Shown here: in pieces, positions 27,801-39,565 of the stretch
How the letters are laid out: the number at the start of each line of letters is the position of its first letter
Position numbering within the stretch: the first letter of the stretch is position 1
DNA from: Trichinella spiralis
Taxonomy: Eukaryota
NCBI RefSeq assembly: GCF_000181795.1
Contig: NW_003526943.1
Span: forward strand, 8,535,472 to 8,599,471
DNA length: 64,000 nucleotides
Direction of reading: 5' to 3'
Translations under genes and position numbers: made by a program
Notes under the pieces: model-generated
Told to the model about the DNA's origin: nothing
The model's input: the letters and a program-made list of their open reading frames with translations, nothing else
Databases searched by the model: none

Positions 27801-30800
27801 TAAAAAATACATATTTAGCAATTGAACAGTCTTAATAAATTTTAGCAATTCAAGTTATTTTAATGTTTCATTAAAATAAAATAATGTGATAAAATTGGTT
27901 TCTAGAAAACTTTTCAAAATATTTTGAAAGATCATGACTAAATTTTTAATCAATATCTATTAAAGCTTTCAAATTTTGCTAACAACCATTTACCTGGTTT
28001 AAAAAGATCTGAATTTTCTCAACTGAAATTTTACAAAATAAAATGCAAATAATGATTCATTTACTGTTCTGGCTCGATGGCTAAAATGAAATTTTTTATA
28101 TTATAATTTTAATTTGTTATGCATTTATGAAATAAAATATTTATTTTAAAGTTGTTTATTATGAATTATAGAATCACTGTAATTCAATATTTATTGCGTT
28201 TTTAATATTGAATATGCCAGCAAAGTAATAAAACCTTTTTCCTTTATAAAAGGTATTAGGCAGCAAAATATGAGACATTTTATTATAAATATTTACAGAA
28301 ATTGTTTACTGCAAACGGAAAGCAAGAAAACTAAAAGACAGCATAAAATTACAAAACTATTTTTAATCAATATATATTAAACGTATTAAATAATTATGAT
28401 AAGGCAATATATTAATTAAACTGTAGTGTAATATAAAAATGCAATACGAAATTTAAAGTGATTATTAAAGTTGATTCTGAAGTTTTTATTTTCTGATAAG
28501 TCATTTCTTGTAATTAAAATGTTAAATATTTTTTCAGAAAATTTTGTTTATTAGTGCGTCAGTAAAAGATTTTTAAAATCTTAAAGGCAATAAAAAATAA
28601 TTAAATAAGCAGTTGTATGGTACGATTTCCATAATTTCAGCAATTGAAATAAGGGTTTATGTGCTTTTTTCCCTTGAGAATTCCCAAAACTTTTAAGAAT
28701 TTGATTCAGAAAAAAATTGATAAAATAATTTACATAATAATAATAATTTCATTTTAAAAGCAAGATTTTGCAAGCATTATCTACTTGTCTTGAGTGTTAC
28801 AAATAAGAAAATAAATAATAAATTTTCTTTTTTCATAATTATAACTTTAAACTGTTTTAATTATTGTTTAAAATAAAGTTTTCAGTTACTGCACATCAAT
28901 AAATAATAGTTTTCAAATACAAAACTTTAGCGCTTTAGTGTGCCACAAGCTGCATTTTATCTGTTCAAGTTTTACGATGCTAGACATAAGATAATGAAAT
29001 ATATGAAGCTAAAGTTATTTGTTAAGCCATAAAAAATGTTTCTGTCAGTCGATTGCGTTGTCATACTGATCATAGTTTAGCCGCAAATAAGCTTCCAGTA
29101 ACTAATTTAAGGCATTTATATTTATTTTGGCCATTATCATAACAATAAATTATTGTATATATTCAGTTTTGTTACTTATTGAATTTTGCACCGTTTATTT
29201 TATTTTTTGAATTATTTACATTAAAATACGCAAAACAAATTATTTCCTTTTATTACTGTTTTACAGTTATTTTAAGAATATATGCATATTACATATAAAT
29301 GTATTTTTGCATATGGTTTTTCTTAAATTTTACATAGAGATAAGGTTACTATTTTTTATTCATTTATAGCATTTAAACATATTTGATACTTTACATATGG
29401 TAATCTTAACGATTCGAATGATTTAGTTAAATAAAAGGAATGTATAATTAATTCTTTGTATAAAAATGGAAATTGAATAGTTGTGAATGAATATAAAAGT
29501 ATATTTAGATTATTAGGTCTATGTTAATTATTCGATTGTTTCAGTCGACTGCTGAATGCTCTTATAATAATACTTTAAGGAGTAAATGGTAAACCGCATA
29601 AATACTGCAATATTGAAGGATTTTTTCAACGTGAATTATTCAAAGATGAGCTGATGTGCTCGCAGTGATTGCTTTTCTTGAATTATTTAAAATATTTGCT
29701 TAAAAAAGTATTCCTAACATATAATTTAGTTTATGCATTACATTTTTTGCTGCATATCACGAAAAGTTATGCAGCGCTGACAAACAGTTATGCAAGTTTT
29801 GAATTTACATGCTTTCTTACATTTTAGCAAAAATAGCAAAAACATTACAAAGAGCTGGAAACAATTTTTAAATTTTGACGGAACTGTTAATTTTCCCCCT
29901 TTTGTTGTTGAAGAATCATTTTCGATCAAAGAAACATATTTTGACAGAAAAGCGTAAATGATAGTCATAAATACACGCCTTGTGTGCTTAACTGCTCAGC
30001 TTTTTAGTTTTCAATTTTTAATAGATTGACAATTTTTAATCTGTGCCTTTGGTTTGGTATTGATCTTATAAATTTTTAAGTGCAGCTTCTAGTAAAGCAC
30101 ATGACACTGAAAGCAAGATTGACTTAGATCGTAAACGTTGATAGTACGCCTTTGGGTTTAAAAAATAAGATCTTCAACATTGGATAAGAAATATTATAAA
30201 ATGTTAGAAGACTTGTCAACATTACCAATGAAAATGCTGCAAAAGTTTTCAACTTAAATTTAAACCAGATTAACTGAATATTGAAAGTGAACTTATTTTC
30301 AAAAGCACTTCTTTATGAATAAAAATTTTGCTAACAGCTTTTATATTTTGGTTATGTAATCATATATAAGTAGATAAATATATACAAAGTGACTAAATAA
30401 TTTTGAAGAAGACAGATTTGAAAGAAGCGATAGATATGATAATTTTCTTCAAGTATTGAACAAAACATCTATACTTAGCGTATTATAAGTTTACTGTACA
30501 GCTTTACTTGTATATTATGTAGAAAAAAATGTATTTCCTAATTTGTTTGCTTTTATTTTTTTATACATGTATAGCCGTATATATTTCTCTTCGTTTAATC
30601 ATTTGTTTACATAAAATGACTTGTTTAAATTTGAAATATATATAAAGATAGACTTCTGATTACAATGTATTTTCAAATTTCATTTAATAAATCACTACTT
30701 AATAATTAATATATATATCCTTTTAAACTTAAATACTGTGAATACGCTTGTGAACTGTTTTAAAAGTGTTCAAATTACTTCAGTTGCTCCTTGAAAACAT

Positions 30801-33379
30801 TTCCTTGAACTGCTTTCAAACAAATTACCCTTCATTTTTCCTATTTTTCTTCCTCGTTTTTCAATTCGCACTTACGTCAAATTAGCTAATTTATTATTTC
30901 GTCACTATTGTGTATCAAGGAACAATTTGAAAATTAACTACCCTTCTGTTTGGAAATTATTTTTTAATTTTGCCAAACTTTGTAAAATAATATTATGTTT
31001 TTTTCTTCAAAAATTTTGCGCAATTCACCTGAAACAATGCTGCAATATTTTTAGAAGTGATTGACGAGAGGTGTCAAATAAGCTTATCCAATTTTTTATT
31101 CTGACAAACAGCAGTTATGCTTTAACACTTTGAAATCAACCAATTCATCATTTAAAGCAAATCAAATTGGCATAATGTTTTGGAAAAGTACAAAAATATT
31201 TACCTTCAATGGCATCAGTATTCATATTTTTCCATTAGTTTTAATTTAGAAATGGACAACACATTTTTGAATCAAGTATACTGTAAAGAGAAGCAGAATT
31301 AAAACTTGTTATTCTTTTCATTTATTCAAAAAATATTATTCATAATAATATATGAGGCATTTTTATCTACTTTTTTTATTATTCTTTCCTTGCAGTTCAT
31401 TTCAATTTTTCATTACTACTCTGTGATTTCTGTTACATCTTTGAGCTACTCATGCTTCTCTGAATTGACATTATGCTAACAAGGGACGTCTTTTGTTCAA
31501 AGTAATCATTATATAAGCAAAAACATCCAGGACGTTTACTCTATGTCGCAAAATGACGTTTGTGCATGTTTTGGCATATCAGTTTAAATGCTCAATAGAC
31601 ATTCTGAAACTTTAGGTATTCATAAAAAAGTTTTTGATAATTAAGTAATCACTGTTATAGATATATTACATGTGTATTTATGTTTATTTATGTATCCATA
31701 TGGATTTATTATTTATTCTTTATTGAAAAATTGCTTTAAATGAAATATATATTATAAAAAAATATTTATTGATTTAATTTTTAATTTAATAATTTAAAAA
31801 GTTACAGTTTTTAATAAATAAATAATTCAGTGCATTTTTTAAACAATTCTTTCAAAATTTGTTAAAAGCTAATTTATTATTCAACATTTTTAGTAATTAA
31901 TTTTGTTTTATATTGAAATAAATTTTTAAAAAAATTATAATTGAATTTTATATTATTGATAAAGTCCGTAGATATCGTTACACGATTGTTTGTGTATGTG
32001 TGTTTCATGTATGCGCATTGTTATATAAAAGAGCTGCTTGTTTGTTATGTTTAAAAAGAAAAAATTTGTATTTAGGCATTGAAAATTTCCATTCCTCATG
32101 TGTTGCTTTTGGCAGTGCTTTTATCATATATAGCTTTCGGCGCTGTGGTATTACAGCGGATCGAAAACGGTACAAACGTGTTGTCCAGGTTGAATCGCCA
32201 CTATGCTCTGGAAAAAACATTCCACGCACTGGTCAATGAAACTTGGGAGCTTCAAGGTCGTGGTCTCACTTACAAGCAATGGCAGTCTGAATTGTTCGAC
32301 CGCTTGCAAAATATATCATTGCTTTATGAAGGTCGTAGAACAAGCATCGATCAATCTCTACCGATGGCAGAATGGACTTTTCCGACAGCTGTGCTATACG
32401 CATTGACCGTGCTGACAGCTTGTGGTATATCACGTTATGCATACTCATAAATAAACAAAAATGCTAATTAATTAATTAATTAATTGTTTTAGGCTACAAT
32501 TTCATAGACCCGGTGACAGACGGCGGAAAAGTTTTCGCCATTGCGTTCGCCCTGGTCGGTATTCCGCTCATGTTCATCACTGCTGCAGATATTGGGAAAT
32601 TTTTGTCAGAAACATTTCAGCGGGTCTGCGTTTGGAGCAACCGACTTTACCGGGCATTTTTGTCCAACTTTTCAAGAAAAGACAAGGAGGTGAACCAAAA
32701 TCGACGCCTCTCTGCATCCGAGAAGAACACAATATTCGACGATCTAGCCGACGAGGCAAACGAAGATGAGCTCGGCTCGGACAGTCTCTGGTTTCCAATA
32801 GGAGCATACGTATTTCTGATGTGTCTTTATTGCAGCATTGGAGCGCTGCTGTTTTGCAGCTTCGAAGACAACTGGGGCTTTATACATGCCTTTCATTTTG
32901 CATTCAACACGGTGGTCACTGTGGGCATGGGCAACATTTTCGTCACCGACGCCATTTACCTGTGCTTGATCGTGGTTTACGTGGTAATCGGCCTGGCGGT
33001 GGTGACGATGTGCGTTGATTTGGCGTCAACGCATCTTCAAACTTATTTCAGAAAAATTCACTACTTCGGTCGTGCTAGACAACGATTTCTTGGAATGTCG
33101 GACGACATCCGTGAAATTGTTTCGCTGATCTCGACTCTGAGAAAGAAAAAAGGCGGCAAAGTAACTTGGGATGATCTGAAGCAATACCTGGAAGCGGAAC
33201 GCATGCGACCATTCATTCCACGAAATATTCATTTATGGAAATATGTCGACGAGACGAGCAGTGCCGTTTCCACTTACAGACACAGTTCGCTAATATCCAG
33301 CTCTTCAACAGCCAGTCGTCGTCCGTCGACGTTAAGATTCGAAAGGGAAATAGTGGATACTAGCAACAATGGTCAATAA
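24808..33379 (+). CDS. unc-58: Two-pore-domain (K2P/TWK) potassium channel family protein, UNC-58-like; exons 24808-25128, 32076-32424, 32493-33379
   Basis: M1 (IPHVLLLAVLLSYIAFGAVVLQRIE), pore 1 WTFPTAVLYALTVLTACG|YN, M2 (FALVGIPLMFITAADIGKFL), M3, pore 2 WGFIHAFHFAFNTVVTVGMGN, and M4. The tail IHYFGRA..FLGMS..I.EIV....RKKKGGKVTW.D....RPF.P....Y.DETSS resembles C. elegans UNC-58 as I recall it. Phase-0 donor at 25129 matches phase-0 acceptor ending 32075; 68-nt phase-1 intron at 32425-32492. Linking exon 1 across 6.9 kb is inferred from phase. Confidence 0.85.
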
Positions 33380-34493
33380 TCACTTGAAAGCCGACATGTA
33401 AATGTGGACATATACCTACATTGAACTTACATGTTACAGTGAAGCAAAGAACAATAATAATTATTGAAAAAAATCAAAAATGCAATAAAATGATGCACAA
33501 TTTCTTCAGCCGTTTTCAGTTCTTTTACTTTCCACTACAAAGTGATGACCGTTGTTGATTGTACCAAGCACAGCAGCAGGGGAAGAATTCTCCTTTCTTT
33601 TTGGACAAATTTTAATAAAATCGATGCCAACTACTGCCGATATTTTTTTAATTTTTGTTTATCATTATTTTTTTATTTGCACAATTAAAAAATTGTTTAC
33701 TCATATACATTCGCTTTGAATTATATAAACAGTTGTTTTACATTACAAAGCAACATTAAACTATAATAACTGAACGATAAAACATTATGTTAATTATGAA
33801 ATCAATAAATCATCTTTGTTACTGTTAAAGTATAAAATTAGAAAGTTACATTTTATTATAAATTTACTCTCATGCTATACAATTAATCGTTAATTATATC
33901 TTTATTACTTCCTTATTTTTGTTTGATTCAATAAATGACTTCTTTTTCTCAGTAACAAGTATTTGTATTGATTGCATTGTTAAACGGTCTTTGTACAAGA
34001 AATTTTTAAAATTATATTCAAATGAATTTGTCAGGAATTTTCATAAATGCTTGCATTTCAGAAATGACAAATGAGTGTAAATTAAATGTGCTTTTGGCAA
34101 AAGTGTTTCAAAGATACAGAAAAGTACACTTCCAATTCTTTACTTCAACAAGCTTCTTTATATTTCATTTTTGCAATGAAATTTTCATATATAAATTTTA
34201 CTAAAATATTTTACCAACATAAAGCATGCATTTGAAAAATTCTAAAAGTGAATACTGCAAGAAAATTTTTCAGTTGTTGTTGTCATATAATTATTTGTCG
34301 ACCATTCCATTACAGAGCAGTAACCACTTGAAACTTGATATCTAATGTAACATTTACCATGTAATCATATAATAAAACTTGCTTTAAAACATTACATCAC
34401 TTAGAGGAGAAAGTTTCATATGTTAGGGAATAATTACTCATTTAAAACAGATATATAATAACATGTAAGAATGCTTGAATATTATATGAAAAT

Positions 34494-36467
34494 TCATTTC
34501 AAATATTGATTCGATGGAGGAATCAATGCTGGAATCTTCGCAACTTCATGAAATATACTAAAAAATTTTGTTTCTTTAAACTAAAATTCAATATAAATTT
34601 TCAGTTAAAAACATACACGTGAGAGTATTTTTCATAAATATGCTTCAGCTCCGCATTCAGTGGCGGCTTAGCGACAGCAGCATTCAGTTTCCACATTAGA
34701 GGCATCAAGTTTTCCTTACTGTAACCACACACTTGTTCATGTTCAGTGGTCTGAAAGGATAGTGTTACAATTTGCAGAAAATTTGTTCATGAATGCTGAA
34801 ATTCAACTCATACCCATTCTAGCTCTCTTGCTGTACGAGCAAGCAAATAAGCTGCCGCCGCCAAGTGACTTTCCTTGTATTTGACAAATTCATAATGCAA
34901 CAATGAATTCTCCAAAACGTAACGAGCGAAAGTCAATGTCACTAAATCAGAATTAGTAACCTGAAACAAATAAACCAAAATTACACAAAATTTCAAAAAA
35001 ACAAACAATAAATAAATAAATAAATCATATACTCTAGCGTATCGACGAAGAAAACGATAAGACAAAGGAAAGCCAATATCAAATTCTAAATTTTTCAAAA
35101 TATCCCTTTCCTTCTCGAAAACCTCTTCTGCAGTGTAAGCATTATCACAGATGTAAAGAAAATCTTCAATCGAAGGTGGACATCTTTCCTAAATGTTAGC
35201 AAAATTGAAAACAACAACAGCAACATTATTATTATTAAATTTAATTTATTAACATCATATTTGGATGCAATCAGCAACACGGCAACGCCAACCAGCTGCA
35301 AATGCTTTTTCGTGATGCTAACTCTATGAAAAAGAAAGCAGTTGAAATTATTTAAAAAAAATAATACCTCTGCATGTGACTTTGTAATTCAATTTTTTCT
35401 ACCTGTCCAAGTACAAATCAACCATTTTCACGGCTTGATACAATGTTTCGTGGTTGAATTCGAAATTTTCTTGCACTTCGACCATCCAGTCAATCAAAAT
35501 CGCTCTCATTTCCTTCGTGATGCTCTTCTGTTTGCGCAAATAATCATTCACTAGAAACTTTCGCTCTCGATAACGATAATAATCAAATATATCTTCAGCA
35601 TAATTGGGTATTTCATATGGATCAAATTCATTATTCTTGTCATAATCATTTCGAAATTCTTCTGTGATCCAAGCCTGAAATAAAGAAACAACAACAGATA
35701 GAAAAACAATATAATTGGTGAATCAATAAGTAAATTTACATACCGCTTGTTGCACTTTTAAATTTTCCAGAGATTTTGCGGATCTGAAAAGCAGAATGCG
35801 TTTATCATTGTAAAGCGGTGGCAAAAATTAAATGACCTTGTCTGCAATTTCGTTTCCGAGGGACTGGAAATTTGTACGCCACTCAAAGCCTATAAATTCG
35901 CCATGTTTACTCACTCACTCGCTGAATCGAGAGAATATCTTTTAAAACCATTGTATATTTTTAATTAAATAAAAAAATTTTTTAATATAATTGTTTAAAA
36001 TGAATAATTATAGATTTAAAAAATTTTATGTTCCCCCAACTACGAGAACTGCCAAAGCAAACTGAAATGTATGTCAAAGTCATCAGTCAAGCGAAGTTCA
36101 AAATTAAGTGTATACTTTTTAAATTTTGAAACCTCAGTCATACGTAATAGACATTTACAAAGATGACAAAATCTGCAATAGAAAATTAATTCAACACCAT
36201 TTAATAAATAATATCATTGTTTTGAAATACACCCCATTTTTGATAAATGTTTTAAATCTGAAACAAAAAACTGATATTTCAAACTTACATTTGTGAGATC
36301 CCCAAATGCTGAACGCTTGCTAGTCGATTGATGTTGCGGTGGAGAAGAAGCACTCCGCTTTAGTCGACTCGTAGCCTGATGGCAAAAAGACTTCTCAAAA
36401 TAATAATGTAAAAAAATAATTAATTTTAAAGAAAAACCTGCTGAGTTTGGTTCCGTGTGTTTACCAT
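34494..36467 (-). CDS. cyb-3: G2/M cyclin B3 (multi-exon)
   Basis: First exon 36467-36438 MVNTRNQTQQ. D-box KRSAFGDLTN near 36290-36320. Cyclin box DPYEIPNYAEDIFDYY...MRAILIDWMVEVQENFEFNHETLYQAVKMVDLYL, QLVGVAVLLIASKY, FDIGFPLSYRFLRRYAR, TLTFARYVLE. C-terminus KYSHVIFHEVAKIP, stop at 34494. The NHETLY and PLSYRFLRRYAR motifs are typical of the B3 subfamily. Confidence 0.9.
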
Positions 36468-37674
36468 TGTTGTCAATGATAAATTCAATTTTCGATAACA
36501 AAGAAACTGAAAAAGAATAAGGTAAATCAGCAATATAATCAATGTGAGGTCGTTGACGCAATTGAAGCAATCCCTTCTACTGTACTTTTGTGACAATGAT
36601 ATCGCATAATAGCAATAGTAATTAAATTGATATTTGACCTTAATCTGTGATATGTAAATAAATAAGTGCTAATTATTTTAACAGTATAGTGAATAGAAGT
36701 CAAATACTACATTCAAATCACCCTAAGAAAATTTATTTCGCAAAAGTTATAAGTAAATATCAAAAGTGTTATAAGTGAAGAATATAAAATATTTCAGAAA
36801 TAAAAAAAATACCAAGGAAGAAAATAATTAAAAATGAAATGTTTAAACATAATTTTAAATAAAAAAGTGATCCAAAAAAAATTAAAATATCTAAGATAAA
36901 ATTATTAAAAACATTATTAGTGTCAGAAACTGTAAGAATTAGAAATAAGAGAAAACCGAAATGCACCTCAAAGCCAACAGCGAAGACTAAAATTTGAGCA
37001 GAGGTACTGTATAATTCAAAAATGGAACAGCAAAGTAAGTTCATTAAACTTTAAAACGCATTTTATTCAGTGATTTGCTTTAAATTAGTTTAAATTTTTA
37101 TAAGAATATATTATTATTAACCATTAAAACTCATTTAATAAGAATTCGGCTTTTTTTCTGAAATATACAAATTGAAAGTGTGCATCGATGAAGAGAGGAA
37201 GTAAAATAGATAGCAACGCAAAATGCGATTCTTATAAATTAAAATTAAAATTTTTGTTTTATATCAAAATTTGAATATCATCTATATTTACAGAGGAAAG
37301 TTTAAAGCGTTAGTAAAAAAATTTGAAATTAAGCCATATATAAAATTGCTTCAAAAATTAACTAGTTTATATTTAATATCATATACTAATTAAGTTTTTT
37401 ATTATTATCAGATATCTTATGCTTTATTTTTAATTAAATTTAACCAATTCATTCCAATATGAATTTAATTAAAACATTACTGTATAAGTTATACCTGCAT
37501 TTTACTGTATCACCTAGGAAACGAATAAAGTCGCTTAGCGACTGCTGCTTTGTATAATCGAAATAAATGTTTGACTGTTATCATTTAAATTGTTTATTTT
37601 ATTTGTATTTCATTTTATTACTTTTTTGAATTTGATATTTTTTATGAAAAGCTTTTTTTAACTTCAAGCGCATT

Positions 37675-39565
37675 ATGCCTTCTAATTCAAACGTTCCTTG
37701 TTTCGTTGCTTCGACAGTAGTTACAGAACTGTCTACGAAGAAATCTCTTTCTGGTGTAAGTGAAGTTTATTTGCCTTCTACACATGTACAAATGTTCGCT
37801 TTAAGGCAACGCCATATTCTAATGGTAAAGGCGACCGAATGGCAGTATCCACTTCTAGCTCAACATGTGACGGATGTTGTTCAGACGCATGTTCATTGGC
37901 ATATTCCACGGATTTGAGGTCATATATAAATTCCGGTCCAAATTCACAATTTGCTTCAACAACCAGTGATGATGAATCGACGCTGAACAACAACGATTTA
38001 ATGAGCGATGTTGCCGCTTCGAGCACAACAGCACCGTGTGAAAATGCGGAAGGTGATCACTCTAAAAGCAAGCTGGTGAGAAGTTTCACTTTTACTGTCA
38101 ACACAACGAGTCCTTATCTTAAATCTTTGGGCTGTCAGCTCCAGTCAAATTTCAATTCTGTTGGTAAACTTTTTTTGTAAATTATTTGTGTGATTGTATG
38201 TTTTTGTTACAGATTGCTTCAAACAGCCATTCTGCAATGAATCGTGCAAATTGTTCGATCAGTGATGTTTTCAGAAGCTCAAATACAGCCGCAGCTCAGT
38301 CACCAGTTGTATCCGATGGAATTACAAGAATATTGCAGAAATATGGAGATGAGTTTGGTGATACTCTAATTGATTATGATCTTATTAAAGAACAAATAAT
38401 GAGCTTAAACGAGATGCGATGCATGTTAAAAGAATATCACAGACTGCAGTTGGATGAGCTGAAATTGCGGCAAGCTCGAGAACTGCAGACAATTGAAACT
38501 CAACTTTCTCTCATGGAAAATCTTTTAAACAAAATTAATTTACACAGCTCCAACAGCGAACAGCAAATTTTTATTAATCAGGTTCTTTCTTTTATAAATT
38601 CCAAAATTAAGTGTTTCAAAATTTAATTCTGTTTCAGTTGTGCGAGACCGCGAGCAACGATTCTTATTATGTAAGTTTATCGCCGACGAAAACGTTGAAA
38701 CCAAGACCTTCGTTGACAAGTGAAGGAAAGAGTTTTTGTCACTTACATCAAGATTGTTTGCCAGAACATGTTACTAGGGAGTTATTGGATAATTCTTCAT
38801 CCGATATGAAAAAATTTTCAAAATTAACATCGTTCCCGTTTAAAGCGAGAGAAAAATTATTAGCGCTTGTCAAAGGATTTTTCATCAGACGTCTGATGCG
38901 CACTAATTACGTGAAAAGCTTACTGGCAGCTATTCGAGATACAACATCTCAAATTGATGCATTGAACAAGGAAAATTTGTTAACTGAAAGTGATTCCAAT
39001 TTCAAACGGTCACTTTTCTATCAGGTATATTTGAAATTATCGACATTTTGCATTTCAGAATTCGCTGATAATGAAATTTTAGCTTCAATTTGAACGATTC
39101 ACTTTTTATCGAGTGTTTTTCGAAATTTCCACTTCTGAACGGATGAAAATCATCGCTCGGGATAGAATCAGAGATATGGCAAAGATCAATACTGATGAGG
39201 TAATTCTTTAATAATAAATTAAAAAAAATCTGTGATTAAAACGTTAATGCTAATTATAGGTCAAAAGAAATCCTGAACCGAGTTTGAAAAATTTGAAAAT
39301 ATCCTCAGCAACATTAAAACGACTTGCACGAAAAGGAAACGCCAATTCACAAACACCAAGCGTTTGTAGTGGCAATAAAAGGCAACATTTAATTTCTGTC
39401 AAAGCGTCTGGACGAACTGGGTGGTATTCACAGAGTGCTGACGATTTGAGGAATAAAATTTCCAAAAGTAACGGTGGTGATTCTGTTTCGATGTTATCCA
39501 TTGCATCAAGTCGACAATGGAAAACGCCTCACAAGCAGAAAAACGATAGAAGACCGTGGAGATGA
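37675..39565 (+). CDS. CCP110: Centriolar coiled-coil protein CP110-like; exons about 37675-37755, 37806-38159, 38213-38581, 38638-39024, 39083-39199, 39260-39565
   Basis: Five 50-60 nt introns join one frame. A coiled-coil segment (LKEYHRLQLDELKLRQARELQ) precedes LLALVKGFFIRRLMRTNYVKSLLAAIRDT...ESDSNFKRSLFYQLQFERFTFYRVFFEISTSERMKIIARDR. This matches the CP110 C-terminal pattern (A.AKGFLTRRL..T..L..L..TVKDT...QL......IFF.....ERM.IL..DR) from memory. The exon 2 donor (GTTGGT) was chosen to keep phase. Confidence 0.7.
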
